Assembly (NCBI GenBank): GCA_951406725.2
Contig: OX597814.1
Coordinates: 136,896,001 to 136,960,000 of the forward strand
Source: Octopus vulgaris
Taxonomy: Eukaryota
Direction of reading: 5' to 3'
Length of the DNA stretch: 64,000 nt
The notes beneath the pieces were generated by a model. The model did not search any database. It was given only the letters and a program-made list of their open reading frames with translations, and was not told where the DNA came from. Each line of letters begins with the position of its first letter. The stretch's first letter is position 1. This document shows positions 40,439 to 54,946 of this stretch, piece after piece. Made by a program: the position numbers and the translations under genes.

Positions 40439-41016
40439 ATGGCATTCACTGGAAGAGAAAAGGCGTTTTGTGTGTTGGAGTATACTTGAACACGGTCGAA
40501 CAAGATTGTGCCGCGTGCATTTGTGAGAGAATTCTCTAGAAAATCCCCAACAGTAATGCAGATTTGGACATGGCACAAAAAATTCAAAGAGGGAGGCTGT
40601 CTGTGCAGAGCAAAAGGACTTGGACGACCACTAACATCGGAAGAAACGGTTGAGTGGATTCGCCAAAAACTCTTGCGAGGCCCCAAGAAGTCCATAAGAA
40701 GAACAAGTCTGGAAGCACAGATTCCTCCAACGACAGTTTGGCGCGTCCTGAGGAAACGCTTGCTAATAAAACCCTACAAGCTTCAGCTCGTTCAGACCAT
40801 AACGGCAGATGACAAGTGAAAGCGCAAACATGGGGCTATGTGAAGGGCCTGGTCTATGCCGCACCTCTCCCTGCAAACCTAGAGGAACCTGAGCAGAGAA
40901 CCACTACGGCACTGGAGACTGTTATGCAAGACATGCTGCAGCGTGTTTGGGAGGAGCTGGACTACCGAATTTACGTGTGCCGTGTCTCAGGCGGTGCGCA
41001 TATTGAACATTTGTGA
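40439..41016 (+). pseudogene. Tc1/mariner-superfamily transposase with the catalytic core deleted
   Basis: MAFTGREKAFCVLEY*...WHKKFKEGGCL..GRP..PKKSIRR..TTVWRVLRKRL..KPYKLQLVQ joined directly to the C-terminal WGYVKGLVY...SGGAHIEHL. Confidence 0.85.
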
Positions 41017-41109
41017 AATTGTTCATGGAATCCTCATAATCTTAGAATTTCTCATTCAAATTTGTAGAAATAAATCTTATCTTGCTCAACATTAAGCCTG
41101 TTTAGTTTC

Positions 41110-41263
41110 TACCCTAGTACGCAACTAGTACTTAACTTATTGACCCCGAAAGGATGAAAGGCAAAGTCGACCTCGGCGGAATTAGAACTCAGAACGTAAA
41201 GACAGACGAAATACCGGTAAGCATTTCGTCCGGCGTGCTAACGTTTCTGCCAGCTCGCCGCCT
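41110..41263 (-). mobile_element. SINE family C (partial)
   Basis: GACCCCGAAAGGATGAAAGGCAAAGTCGACCTCGGCGG...TCTGCCAGCTCGCCGCC. Confidence 0.8.
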
Positions 41264-41759
41264 AATCTTGGAACAATATTTTGAAACCAATATATATTCG
41301 AAAGCGTGAAAAATTAACGGGAGGCGACTCTTAGCCACAGACATTTTTTATATCAGAGTTGTTTCCCTTGACTTACCTAATATCTTTAAAATATATTCTT
41401 TGTCTTCCAGCTTCTAAAGATCGAATTGCAATTTAATGACATTTCATTTTTCGTTCTTTATTCCAATAATTCAAGGAAATAAATAGTTTCATGCTTATTC
41501 AACTTTTACGAAGGTAAAATGGAATAATGTTTGATTTTTTTTTTTATAAGTCTTCCAAACATGGATCATGTTAATATTGTGCCTGTATAGCTTACCTTTG
41601 ATGGACATAGATTATAGAAATTCTCGTCAGACTCACTTTAACAAATAACGAAGAGAAAGCGGATATTTAAGTAGAAACACAAAATAATTAGAAAATCAAG
41701 CAATGGAGATGTGAAAAATCTTTAACGATCAAGTATTTAACTAATCCATTTTTATTGAC

Positions 41760-42120
41760 GCTGGCGTGGTTCTATGGTAAGATGTTTGCTTCCTAACTAC
41801 ATGCTTCTGGGTTCAATCCTACATCGAGGCACCTTGGGCAACTGTCTTCTACTATAGCCCCAGACCAATCAAAGTCGTGTGAATAAATTTGGAAAGAAAA
41901 CTGAAACAAGCCCATCGTGTGCGTGTATATGTCTGTATCACAACCGCTTGGCGGTATTGGTTTGTTTACGTCCTCGTAAGTTAGCAGATTCGGTACAAAG
42001 AGATCAACAGATTAAGTAACAGGCTTTAAAAAAATAGCTCTGGAGTCTATGTGTTTCACTAAAACCTTGAAGGTGGTGCTCCAGCGTAGTCCCAATCTAG
42101 TGACTGAAACAAATAAATGA
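41760..42120 (+). mobile_element. SINE family B, decayed
   Basis: Head ...GGGTTCAATCC...CACCTTGGGCAA; tail GGTGGTGCTCCAGC...TGACTGAAAC. Confidence 0.7.
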
Positions 42121-42576
42121 ATGCATCTACTTCGTGGAAGAGAAAACTATACAACTATACCTGTATTAAAATAACTATCATGTAAATTGAATAAGTGAAG
42201 TTGCCTTCCTACACTTGATACTACAGCCAAATTGCTCTGTTCGATGACATACATAAATACCGGCAATAAAGAGAAACCACTTAAAAGTAAAACGAGACTG
42301 GCGTTCGTTATCAGTCAGACAATTTGAGGCATGCAATATTGTATATGTGAAAATGCGATCCGTGTGGTTATTGTTTAATAAACATGAGTGTATATTCTCT
42401 ACTTGGGAAAGTTATTGGGATGAGCCAAAGAGCTTTTGTGTGATCGCTCGACCTACTGAAAATTGTAGCCAGGCCTTTATCAAATTACTTCTGACTTTAA
42501 AACATATAAAAGAACAACGTAGTCCATACCATGTAAAATGGGGTGGGGTGTCGTAGTGTTGATCAATGAGAGTTGT

Positions 42577-42840
42577 GATAATAAAAAATTAATGCACCCT
42601 TTTAAAGCCTAGCCAGGTTCATGGGCCCGATTTCCCAGTTTCTATGGCGTATGTGTTCCCCAGCTGGACAGGACGCCAGTCCATCGCAGCGTTACTCATT
42701 TTTGCCAGAAGAGTAGACTGGAGCAACGTAAAATGAAGTGTTTTGCTCAAGAACACAACGCGTCGCCCGGTCCAGGAATCGAAATCACAATCCTACGATC
42801 ATGGTGCTGACACCCTAACCACTAAGCCACGCGCCTCCAC
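42577..42840 (-). mobile_element. SINE family D with 12-bp TSD
   Basis: tRNA-like head; AATGAGAGTTGT at 42565-42576 and 42841-42852; sister copy at 49930-50160 (+). Confidence 0.85.
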
Positions 42841-42889
42841 AATGAGAGTTGTACTGGAGTAAATGACAACAGTAACATCTAGCATATAC

Positions 42890-43222
42890 AGGGTAAAGAC
42901 CCCTTCGGTCATGGATAACTATGAAATTGCACCTAGAAATTTCTCCTTTGAGGCACAAGTCTGGGTAAAGTTGTTTATGGAAGACCAGTAGTTGTCTACG
43001 CATACCAGCCTCCCCTCTCTACGCCTCTGATTTTATCCAAGGGAAAGGCAAAGGCCAATACAGTTTGGCACCAGTGACGTCGCAACTCATTTCTACAATT
43101 GAGTGAACTAGGAACTAGATGCTACGTGTCTTACTCAAGAACGCAGCACAGCCCGGTCTGGCAATCGAACTCACTACTTCATGATTGTGAGCCAGACGCT
43201 TTAACGACTGAGCCATATATGT
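42890..43222 (-). mobile_element. SINE (family D variant)
   Basis: Matches 59330-59627 (TATCCAAGGGAAAGGCAAAG...TGACGTCGCA.CTCATTT). Confidence 0.7.
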
Positions 43223-43990
43223 TCCGGCTATTTGTTTTCTTACGTTTTGGGTTTCCACCACCTTTTACTTTTACCATTCAGTCACTGTCTTCTGTTTGTG
43301 TGTTGAATTCAATAGTGCAGCGAGTTACTGTAACCCTAGAAGCACAAACACACACACACACCCAATTAGCTAGACAGATAGCAGCTAGACAGATAGCAGG
43401 CAGATAGGCAGGCAGGCAGCCAGCCAGCCAGTCAAACAGACAGGCAGGCAAGCAGACAGACGGACGGACGGACGGACGGACGGACGGACGGACGGACGGA
43501 CGGACGGATGGATAGATGGGTTTCCGTACACCAAATTCGCTCACAAGGTATTGATAGTCCCCCGGTCTATACTGGAAGATACTTGCCCAAAGTTCCCAAG
43601 GCACAGTGGGAATTGAACTCGAAACTAAGCAGTTGCAGAGCGAGCTTTTAACAGTACAGTCATGCCTGCGCCGATTTCAATATTTCTCCCAAGTTAGGGA
43701 AATAAAATGGTAGAAACGTTAAAACTGCGAAGCATTTCTTTGAGTATTTATTCTCTGTGTTCTGAGTTGCTTTGTTGTTAATTCAATGTAGTATCAATGA
43801 GTTGGGTGACAGGAAAGTACGACACTTGTGCGGAAAACAATGCAGTTGTCTCTTTAATAATAGAGACACGAAAATAAGTATCTATTGAAAAGGTTGTTGA
43901 CATTTTTATAACATAAGTATGCGCGCGTATGTATCTGTGTGTGGACACATACACACAAACACACACACATATATACATACACACACACAC

Positions 43991-44036
<46 letters not shown>

Positions 44037-44194
44037 GTTTATAAATCTGTTGCGAGATTCCTGATGTGAAACCGTGTGTTGAAACAGATATTGTTGTATT
44101 TCGGGATGGTCTTTTTTTTTACCAAATAAACACACGCATTATATATTCGTTCTTCACTCGTTTAGTACTGTTCTTATTTTAATTCATGACCATT

Positions 44195-44237
44195 GTCCGG
44201 AAATCTTTCGTCACACATCTGTGACCTCTTCAGCGAC
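44195..44237 (-). ncRNA. Minimal type I hammerhead ribozyme motif
   Basis: GTCG-CTGAAGA-G-GTCAC-AGATGT-GTGAC-GAAA-GATT-TC-CGGAC, inside a ~250-bp segment bounded by (TA)n. Confidence 0.7.
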
Positions 44238-44405
44238 ACTTTCCGTCCTCGTGTGTGCTTCGCTTAGACCATCCCGAGCGATATATATATATATATATAT
44301 ATATAATTAATAAATCTTAGGGTAGCAAAAAGAAAATTTAGAAAAATTCTTTGCTACCAGTGGTCTAGCGAGAAGAAAAAACTAGTCAATAGACTATATA
44401 TTATT

Positions 44406-44442
<37 letters not shown>

Positions 44443-44463
44443 ATGTGTGTATATGTATGTGTG

Positions 44464-44495
<32 letters not shown>

Positions 44496-44527
44496 TGTAT
44501 GTAGACTATATATTATTCATGTGTGTT

Positions 44528-44564
<37 letters not shown>

Positions 44565-45182
44565 ATGTATGTATGTGTGTATATGTATGTGTGTATATGT
44601 ATGTATGTATGTATGTATATACATGTACGTATACAACAATATGGACAAGAATGGAGAGTTACATCCTTAATTAATGATTGCACCGTACGTTACCGACGGT
44701 CGTTTCTTTTGTGCCAGCATATTTAGATATAGAGAGAAATGATATAAAATACCAGTCAAACCAATATATCCGAAAATTTATGCTAACACGATGTTATCAG
44801 CGTAACCGAAAGCAGGCTAAATTCAAAGTGAACAGAGACATCTCTAATATGTGAACGCTAAATTGTGTTATGGCATTGTCTTTTACAATGGCCGGAGGAC
44901 AATTACAGCTTTATCCAGAAGTGAAAGTTTTTTTTTTTAATGAAAATAATACAGAATGTACAATCTCAAAACAGTAGCTAATTTTTATGACCTGTATAAA
45001 CTTCCAACCATCTAAAACCTTTCACATTTTCCGTGTAATTTAATAATTTAACAAAGTGTATGTATGTATGTATGTATGTATGTATGTATGTATGTATGTA
45101 TGTATGTATGTATGTATGTATGTATGTATGTATGTATGTAGGTATGTAGAGACATAACACCACTTTGTATATATGTACATAT

Positions 45183-46471
45183 GTAGAAGAGGAAATCAAA
45201 AATTACTCAGTTTTGCCAAAACTTTCTTTATGTTGGCTACACTGCCTTCAGCACTTACGTGCTAAAAGGTGGTACGTTTGTGGTTACATAACCGATGTCT
45301 GACATTGATTGCTCCAGTTTTCTTTCGTGACCTACAGAGTAAATATGGCCCTTCTCAAGTCGTGTGCACCAAGGAAGAACAGAGCTCAGTGGCACGACAC
45401 TCTCAGGTTTGAAGGTGTATCAGGAGCTGAAATTCAGCGAAGTCTTTCAATAGGATGCGAGGACAGCGCTTTCCCGCGTTGAAGTGTGTATGAGTCGATC
45501 GAGAAGTTCAAAAATGGCCAGACAAGTATGAAACACGAAAAGAGAGTGGGGCGCCGTCAACCTCTACCACTCACGTGAAGATTCAACAAGCTTGAGAAGA
45601 TTCAACAAGCAAACTGACAAGTGACCATCGATGAGATGACATAGTCTCTGCAAACTGGTTATAGTTCTGCATACGAAATCATTCACGAGAAGCTTTGCTT
45701 TTGGTAAGTCTGTGTAAGATGGCTTCCAAAAGAGCCTACTGAAGTGCATATGCACAATTGTGTGAAGATATGTCAACGTTAACTTGATCGCTACAACGAT
45801 GAAGGTGAAGCTTCTTTGGAGAGAATAGTCACGGGAGATGAATCCTTGATCTATCACTTTGAGCCAAAATCTAAACACGCAGTGTTAGGAGTGGAAACAC
45901 CCGGATATACCAGCAGAAAAGAAATTCAAGACTCAACCTTCTGCAGAAAAGTGGTTTTAACCATTTTGAGGGACGCAGAAGGGTCTATACAGGAAGATTA
46001 CTCTAAAAAGGGGTCTGCAGTCTGCTGACCAACAAACTGAAACCAGCAACACGTACCAAACGCTGAGAGCTATTGTCAAAGCATGTGTTGTTGCATGATA
46101 ATGCATGCTCACATACGGCCACCCATGCCGTCGAAACCATGGAAAAATTGGATTTCGAGTTGCTGGAATACTTTGCATACTGTCCGATTCTCGTCCTTTC
46201 CAACTATCACCTCTTTGGACCGCTCAAACATCTTGTACGTAATTGTCGATTTGCTACTTTAAAGAAGCGCTGGAAACGGGGCATAAATGGCTGAGCAGTC
46301 ATCTGTAAAACTTCTTCTCCGATGGAATAAATCAGCTTGTAGATCTCTAGATGAGATGCCTCGAAAAGCGCAAGGAGACAATGTCGAAAAATGATGAAAT
46401 TCTTCAACCCTTGCTTCCGTTTTAATAAATTACAGAAACAAGAGAGCGTATAATTTTTGATTTACTCTCAT
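45183..46471 (+). mobile_element. Decayed full-length mariner element (~1.3 kb)
   Basis: TIR-like AAATCAAAAATTA / TAATTTTTGATTT; remnants RIVTGDESLIYHFEP, LLHDNACSH, YHLFGPLK. Confidence 0.85.
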
Positions 46472-49034
46472 AGTTGTGTGAGTGTATGTGTGTGCCTAAT
46501 ATTACTTACTAAATATTACTAGTTTACTTCTGTTGTTGATAATATGTATTTTATACAATGATGGCACTAAATACAATTCTTCACGTCCCACACTCTTATC
46601 ACACCAGTTACTCTTATTGCAAAAGCTTTGCTTTCTTTTCGTTGTTTAATATTACTTTGAAAATTATCGTTATTATATACATTTTCCGCAAAAAAAAAAA
46701 ACAAAGAAACAATTTGCACAAGAATATAAACCGACGCAAACAGAAATGTTGTTTCAAAGATTAATCAACGAGAAGAAATGAACTGACGTTCTTGATCTTT
46801 TGCAGAATGAAACTAGTAACATTAGGGTTCGAATTCATGTGTTTGTTTGTTGTATTAGAAAGCATAAGAGTCAGGTTAAAGATATCATCACAGGTTGATG
46901 AGATCTGCTAGTGCTATCATGTAAACACGTACTACCCGTTCCATGGTGGAGTAGTCGAGAATACTTTTGCTATAATGCCATAAACACGCTGCAAATCGTA
47001 CAATAGATGTCGACGATGAATATAAATCATACCAAAGAATCCAGTTATCCTCACGGCATTATACCTGGTAGACGTGCTTGAAGCAGAGTGGATTCCGCTC
47101 GTTAAAGACACTCAACGGCTAAATTTTTCGATCGTTGGCTTGTGTAGCTACAGCCATATTTCCGAAGTCTGGTTTTGGGTGAATAAAGGAACGTGATATC
47201 CCTTTCTGGAAGATTTAATGTTCTCTTTCAGTCACCGCTCAATCTTGCAGACGCTGCTTCCATGGTTCGATTTGTACAGCCGTTCAAGGCTGCAGTTTTC
47301 CGCTATCTGCTGTATAGGACACTGCTGAAGCTTCCAATGGCGTCGGCTTTTGAGGTTAGCTCTACATTGCAAGGGCTTCAGACACCTGATTTTCCTCATT
47401 TCAACAAGTACGTATTCGAAAGCAAACCTGAGAACGAAACTGATTTTAAGAGAGGCCTATGCTGCTAGTTATTCTAATTGAGCCTTCTCTGGGGTGAATT
47501 TTTCTTGTCTATTGCTTCTGTTCGCTAACCTGAACCACTTTATTGATTACTTTGGTATCCTCTTCTTTAGTTCTTGTATTACCAGTGTCTCTTTGTCTTC
47601 GTTTTATCCTTCGCCACTATCCCTGAGCTCAATCCCTACCTGTTGGTTTGTGTGTATCTTTTCTTTGACATGGAGGTTTTCCAGTGCTACATCTACCACC
47701 TGCTGGATATTCCATTTTCTGCCAGTTTTTAGCTAGTCTAGACTGATCTCACAACCCTGTTTTTCGAGACGTCAAGTACACCTAAAGAACCTCGGGACAC
47801 ACAAGAACGATGTCAATGTCCGAATAGGACACCAGACATTTTCGTGCGTGTGTGTTTAATTGTTAATTGGGTTACTATAGTTTTAAATGATCTCGTCCGA
47901 TATCATATATCAACGGAGATCATATCAGGTTTTAAATCATCATCGCCTAGAGTCAGAAGATTTTGTATTTGCTTGTGAGGTTTATTGCCAGCAAGCTATA
48001 TCTGCAATCTGCTTGACTGCATTAACTACATTTTCCTTCAGTAAAGAGAGATATGTTGATTTCTTTGATTTGAGGCTCATCATGGAGGAATTGGGGGTGT
48101 CGGCTAACTGATTCAGGGTTTTGCGTGTGTCAACCTCGTTTGTATCATTCATAAAAGTTTTTAGAGGGGAGACTTGGTATCCACACACGTATACACGCGC
48201 GCACACACATAAACGCATACACACACGCATCACACACACACATACACACATGTATGTGCGTGCGTGTGTGTCTGTGTATGTTTTTACATGCGTGCCTCTA
48301 TATGTAAAATGTGAGCGCACGTGTGTGTGTGTGTACTGGCGCATATATTTTTGTGTGACGCATATGTCTATTTTTATAGAGGTAGAAAACGATACGCCGA
48401 ATTGCAGAAATTTAAAGTATTGAGAAATTTAAAGTATTGAGAAATTTAAAGTATTAAGAAACATGGTACTCTCACCCAGTCACGTACGCACTCAACCAAA
48501 TCTAGTACATATGTATCATCTAACCATGGCAGGGAGCGAATGTATTCTTAAGGTTAACTTTTAGTGACTAGTGAGTACTTTTAGGCTTTATCACTAATTC
48601 ATTTCACAAACAAATTGAATGCGAATTTTTTTTAGCAATGATGGTCCAGACCTAAGCTACATTTGAAGATAAAATAACTGAGATTTGGTTCTTAGAAAAA
48701 AAGTTAGACCAAAATATGTGAGGCCAAAAATGGGTGAGTAAGACCAAAAATTGACTTTCAATCAAAATATCTCAGTTATTTTGAAAAACTTAATTAATTG
48801 GGTTTAGAAGAACGTGCTGATTGAGAAGAATCTTTTGGTAGAAATCCCTTTACAAAAAATTAGCTACGGAAAACGTAATGTAGCTTTAAGTGACGAAAAA
48901 ATTACAAGTAACCCCTACCCCCAAAAAATTACTTTGAATCAAAATACCTCGGCTATTGTAAAAGTAAATTGTGCAATAATTGTGATCAAATGAAAGAGCT
49001 CTGTAAAAAAAATGATATTCTTTTATTCTTTTAT

Positions 49035-49294
49035 ACTTTTATTCGTTTCAGTCATTTTGACTGCGGCCATGCTGGAGCGCCGCCTTTAGTCGAGCAAATC
49101 GATCTCAGAACTTATTCTTTGTAAGCCTAGTACTTGTTCTATCGGTTTCTTATGTCGAACCGCTAAGTTACGGGGACGTGAACACACCAGCATCGGTTGT
49201 CAAGCGATGTTGAGGGACACACACTCATACAAACATATACACACACACATACATACATACATACATACATACATACATACATACATACATACAT

Positions 49295-49350
<56 letters not shown>

Positions 49351-49527
49351 CTATGTATATATACGACAGGCTTCTTTCAGTTTCCGTCTACCAAATCCAG
49401 TCACAAGGCTTTGGTCGGTCGAGGGCTATAGTAGAAAACACTTGCCCAAGGTGCCACGCACTGGGACTGAACTTGGAACCATGCGGTTGGTTAGCAAGCT
49501 ACTTACCACACAGCCACACCTGCGCCT
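49035..49527 (-). mobile_element. SINE family B, full length
   Basis: Same head and tail as 27885-28295, with internal (TACA)n/(TA)n. Confidence 0.85.
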
Positions 49528-49929
49528 ATATGGTGAAAACCTCTTCAAAAAATATTTGATATAAATATGTGGTGTGGCTTTAAGTTACGAAAACAGAGGT
49601 GATCATTTTAACAAATCAAAATATTTTTGTCATTTTAAGATATTTAGGATTTTGAGATATTTAACGGTATTTATTGTCTCGGTCGCTTAGTTTGATGGTA
49701 CAAGGCACTTATCCAGAATTTGTATCCAGAAATTTATAGACACTGGCATATCGCAATTTACGTCAATATCTGATTCCAGTTATATGCGGCTAAACCCGTG
49801 AAAACGATGTAACACGAGAATAAATACATTTCTAAAATTTCCTTAGGTTAATATCAGTTTTGATAGACGATTTTACATATTTTCATGCGTATTTTATTTG
49901 ATTTTCCACTTCAGTATAAGTATTTATGT

Positions 49930-50160
49930 GGAGGCTCGTGGCTAGTGTGTCAGCATCATGATCGTAAGATTGGGGTTTCGATTCCCGGACTGGGCGACGC
50001 GTTGTGTTCTTGAGCAAAACACTTCATTTCACGTTGCTCCAGTCTACTCAGCTGGCAAAAATGAGTAACGCTGCGATGGACTGGGGAACACATACGCCAT
50101 TGAAACCGGGAAACCGGGCCTATGAGGCCTGGATAAGCTTTAAAAGGACGCATTTATTTA
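49930..50160 (+). mobile_element. SINE family D
   Basis: Reverse-complement match to 42590-42840. Confidence 0.8.
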
Positions 50161-51130
50161 TTTAGTATTTGTGCTTTTATTTTTGCTGTTTTTTGTTTTT
50201 TATTGTTGTTGTCACTAAATACAATTCTTCACGTCGCATCCTCTTATTACACCAGCTACTTCTGTTCCAAACAGTTTGCTTCTGTCATTGTTTAGAATTA
50301 CTTTCCAATAATGCCACAATTGTATACATTTTCTCCAAATAATTTCGCACAAAAATATAAACCGACTCAAACAGAAATTTTGTTTCACCGGTTAATCAGT
50401 GAGAAAAAGTGAATCAAATCCCTTGATATTTTACAGAATGAAACTAGTAACAAATAGTGGGGTTCGAATTCATGTTTGGTTTGTTCTAGTAGAAAGCATA
50501 AGAGTCAGGTTAGAGATCTCATCACAGGCTGATGAGACCTGCTACTGCTACCATGTAAACACGTACTGCTCGTTCCATGGTCGAGTGGTCGAAAATATTT
50601 TTGTTGTAGCGTCATCAACGCGCTGCAAGGCGTAAAATGCATGACAACGATGAGAAGAAAGCATACCAAAGAATCCAGTTATCCTCAAGGCATTATACCT
50701 TGAAGCAGATTGGAATCCGCTCGTTAAAGGCATTCAACAGCTAAATGTTTGTTGGCCTGCATTGTTACAGTCATCTTACTGAAGTTGGGTTTGGTTGAAT
50801 AAAGGAGTTTGATAACCACTAGCTTTATATGTGGTTCAATCTGTAACGTTGAGTCATCCGGCAAATCTTCGAGTGGAATATTCAAGTGTTGTTTGAATGC
50901 GTGTACATTCACTTCACTTACATTTTCCTTATACTTTTTATGTTGGTGGGGTAAAGGTTTTGCTGAGATATTGACAAATGTGGGCCTAAGAACCATAAGC
51001 TATTGAAATATGTCTTCCTAATTCAAAATGGAATGGGATGGGTTGGGAAATCTTGTACAATGCAGTGACGCCTAGTTTGGGGCTTTGCACAGCTCTTGGA
51101 GCTTAAGTTTAGTGCCAACCCGTACAAGAT

Positions 51131-51232
<102 letters not shown>

Positions 51233-53438
51233 CTCTCCTGTCTTCTCTTTCAGAACAGCTCATCTACAGATTACAGATGACCGTCTACTTGTAGGAGTAC
51301 TGGATTGCTTCAACTGACACACCCAGTTCAACAAGATGTGACGATGATAATGCTAGTCGTCTGAGAATAAATATCTTCCATATGTTGAAGTGTGCTGCGT
51401 GGTCTTCCGCTAAAGAGCTACATTACACAGTCCAATAAACAGTGGGGAATTGTATGGGATATTGCGTGACAATCTGAAGAAATTGCACTTTGCACCTCTC
51501 CTCTCTATTTCTGTACGATTACGATTGCAGACATTGATGGTGACATCAACAAAAGCACACAAGGTGGGCTCTATCAGAGCGTGACAGCTGCTGTTCCTTT
51601 GCACATACTGCTGTTGACTAATTGCTCAATATTTATTTCAGAATATATATTGATTATCACTTCAATATATGTGTTTTAGATTTTGTTGTTTTTGTTTTGT
51701 TTGGGGGAGTTTTGAGGGGTCGTTGTTGTTGCCACATGAACTGAGATTTAATTATTCATGTTTAAATACCGTAACAGAACCATATCGTTGATTATTATCT
51801 TTATCAACCCTAAACATAATTGATTTGTCGTCTGAAGAAGACGGCTAATTATTGTTGATATTGTCGTTGTTTAACTACATGGTACTCTTGATTGAACAGA
51901 CCTATGATCAAAGGCCTTCCAGTCACGATCAACTCATTATCGATGGTCCTTCTGTTCGCTTTTCTTTTCTTTTTTGGATATGCTTCTATTTTTAGTGAGC
52001 CGTGGGCCAATACAGAGGCTTTCTTGATGGATCAACGAATAATTCCTTAGGAGAGAGATGTAGTCAACTAAATAAATTTCCAAATATTACTAATGTTACA
52101 TGGCTTAGGAATAGAAGAGCTGTGTCACCTGTTGACTTCAATGTGAAATTTTCAGTTTCTCTTTTCTCTCACCTTTCTTTCTGCATAAGATAGTAAGAAA
52201 CTCTGAGAAGAGCTGAACAACATAGTGTCTTCAGAGAAGAAGCTTTCCCTCATGCAAGTACCTCAGCCTATTTCTCTTAAGATCTCAGAAGGAATGACAG
52301 TATCCAAACCATGTCTCCTGCACAGTTTTCAGCTTCCATCTTCTGCTCCACTGACTGGGTTCAAGTCGGCATCCACCAGAATGGTCAGGTTCCACAAAAC
52401 TGAGTCGTTTTTGTCACGGATGTCTTATCAGTGGTAAATAGGTGAAATTATGTCTTCTGAAGTTTACTTTCGATCCTCCTAGACCAGATCTAGTTGGTAC
52501 TGTTTTCGATTGCTTCAGTCATTTTGTTTTAGAGCTTTGGTCCTCTGCTTTCTAGAAATTGAAAGCCATTTCATGTGATCATAGACAAATTTCCTTACAA
52601 CTCCTGCACCTGCTCTAACCTCTATTTTGAGGACTTTGACTTAGAATCCGGATTCCCTTAAGCTACTAAACTTACTGGCATAAACATCAATTTTGTAGAC
52701 GTGGATCCGTCCATCCTGCTTTCCTATAGCACAATTAATTTCAGTCGCAATCATTTCTATTGTTGAATAGAAGTAGAGTATTATGTTCTGCCTCATCCAC
52801 TCTGGCTTTTGATTTCTGAGTATTTTTTCCTTTCTGGAGGATCTGATGTGCTCTAGTCATTCACTCAATCATGCCGACGCTACTTCCATGGTCCGATTTG
52901 CACAGTTGTTCAAGGTTGCAATTTTCCGCCACATGCTGTGTAAGGCACTGCTGGAGCTTCCGGCGGCGTGAACTTTTGGGGCTAGCTCTACATTGCAAGG
53001 GAGTGAGACATCTGATTTCCCTCATTTCAACAAGTTCGTATTCGTAAGCAAACCAGAGAATGAAATTAATTTAAAGTCATTCTAGCTGAACCTAATTTGG
53101 AGGGTGGGGGTGAACGTTACTCGTCTATTGCCTTTGTTGACCTAGCTGAACCATCTTCTAGATTACTCTGGTATCCTCCTATTTCTTTGGTTCCTATATT
53201 GTTTCCATTTTAATTTTCGCCACTGATTCACTAAGCTCAATCCCTACCAATTGGTTTGTGCATATTTTGTTATTTCTCTGATTTGAGGATTTCCTTTACT
53301 ACATCTACCGCCTCCTGGGCATTCCAGTTTCTTCTGGTTTTCGGCTTGTTCTAGATTGATCTCACAACCTTGTCTTTCGAGACGTCAAGTATACTTACAG
53401 GACCTCGATGTTGAACTTTAGTAGTAAATTCAACTTTT

Positions 53439-53510
<72 letters not shown>

Positions 53511-53662
53511 GTGGCTGTGTGGTAAGAAATTTGCATCCGAATCACATGGCTCCAAAAAAGCCTTTTGAGTGGAGTTGGTAAACGGAAACTGAAAGAAGCC
53601 TACCGTGTTTTAGATAGATACATACATACATAGGCAGACAGACAGACGGACAGACAGACAGA

Positions 53663-53752
<90 letters not shown>

Positions 53753-54362
53753 GTGTGTGTGTATACTTCTTAATTTCTGCCACTACCGGTTTCCGAGATC
53801 ACATATCAATTCTAGGGTGCTGGTATCATGCATCAACATAGATCATATCAGGTTTTAGATCATCATGACCTAGAGTCAGAAGAGTTTCTATTTGCTGGTG
53901 AGGTCACATTGTTTTATCGCCAGGAAGTTACCTCCGCTATCTGCTTGACCGCATTAAGAAGTTTTCTTTTCTGTAAAGAGAGATTTGTTGATTTCTTTGG
54001 TTCGAGGCTCATCTTAGAGGATTTGAAGATCTTGCCTAATTCAGATTTTTTTTTTGCGTGTGTCATCCTCATATGTGTCATTCATAGAAGTTCTTAGAAG
54101 GGTTACTTGGAATGCACGCACGTATATATACATTCATATGTGCGCGTGTGCATGCATTTATGTATAAATGGTGTGTATGTAATGACGTATGTGTCTGTGT
54201 GTGTCTATTTTTATAGAGATAGAAAACGTCCTTCAGTCCTGCAGAAATTTAAAGTATTAAGAAAAGGAGTGCTCTCATCAAGTCATGCACACATTCAACC
54301 TAAACTAGTACGTATATGTATTTATTATATATGTGTGTTTGTGAATGTATATCAAAGAGAGA

Positions 54363-54399
<37 letters not shown>

Positions 54400-54487
54400 T
54401 AAATACATATACGATCGAACGCGCGTGAGAGTGTATAAATATATATTATGTATATATGTGTGTATGCATGTATCTACCATGTATTCA

Positions 54488-54547
<60 letters not shown>

Positions 54548-54761
54548 ATGTAGGATAAAATTTTTTTCGGGAAAAAAATTTTATCAATGGCCAGCATATC
54601 AAAAAATACCTTTAAAGGTTAAATTTATAAATAATTTACAAGATAAGAGCAAAAGAAAAATTCTAATGCCAAATATGCCGAAAAAAGAAAAAACTTTTCA
54701 ATAACCATTATAATTTATGCGTCTCGAAACAAACTGATAGAAATCTCTAAAAAAATCGTTA

Positions 54762-54819
54762 TTACCGTATTAGTCCAATTTCGGGGTTAATCAATAAATT
54801 TTCCCCTCTTCAGCGGCAA
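54762..54819 (-). ncRNA. Hammerhead ribozyme type I
   Basis: TTGCCG-CTGAAGA-GGGG-16nt-CCCC-GAAA-TTGGACTAA-TA-CGGTAA. Confidence 0.85.
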
Positions 54820-54888
54820 ATACGCGAGATATAAGTGAAATACTTACTCATACTTGCGTATTAAGTATTTCACTTATATCTCGCGTAT

Positions 54889-54946
54889 TTGCCGCTGAAG
54901 AGGGGAAAATTTATTGATTAACCCCGAAATTGGACCAATACGGTAA
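54889..54946 (+). ncRNA. Hammerhead ribozyme type I
   Basis: TTGCCG-CTGAAGA-GGGG-AAAATTTATTGATTAA-CCCC-GAAA-TTGGACCAA-TA-CGGTAA; predicted cleavage after AUA at 54940. Confidence 0.85.
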
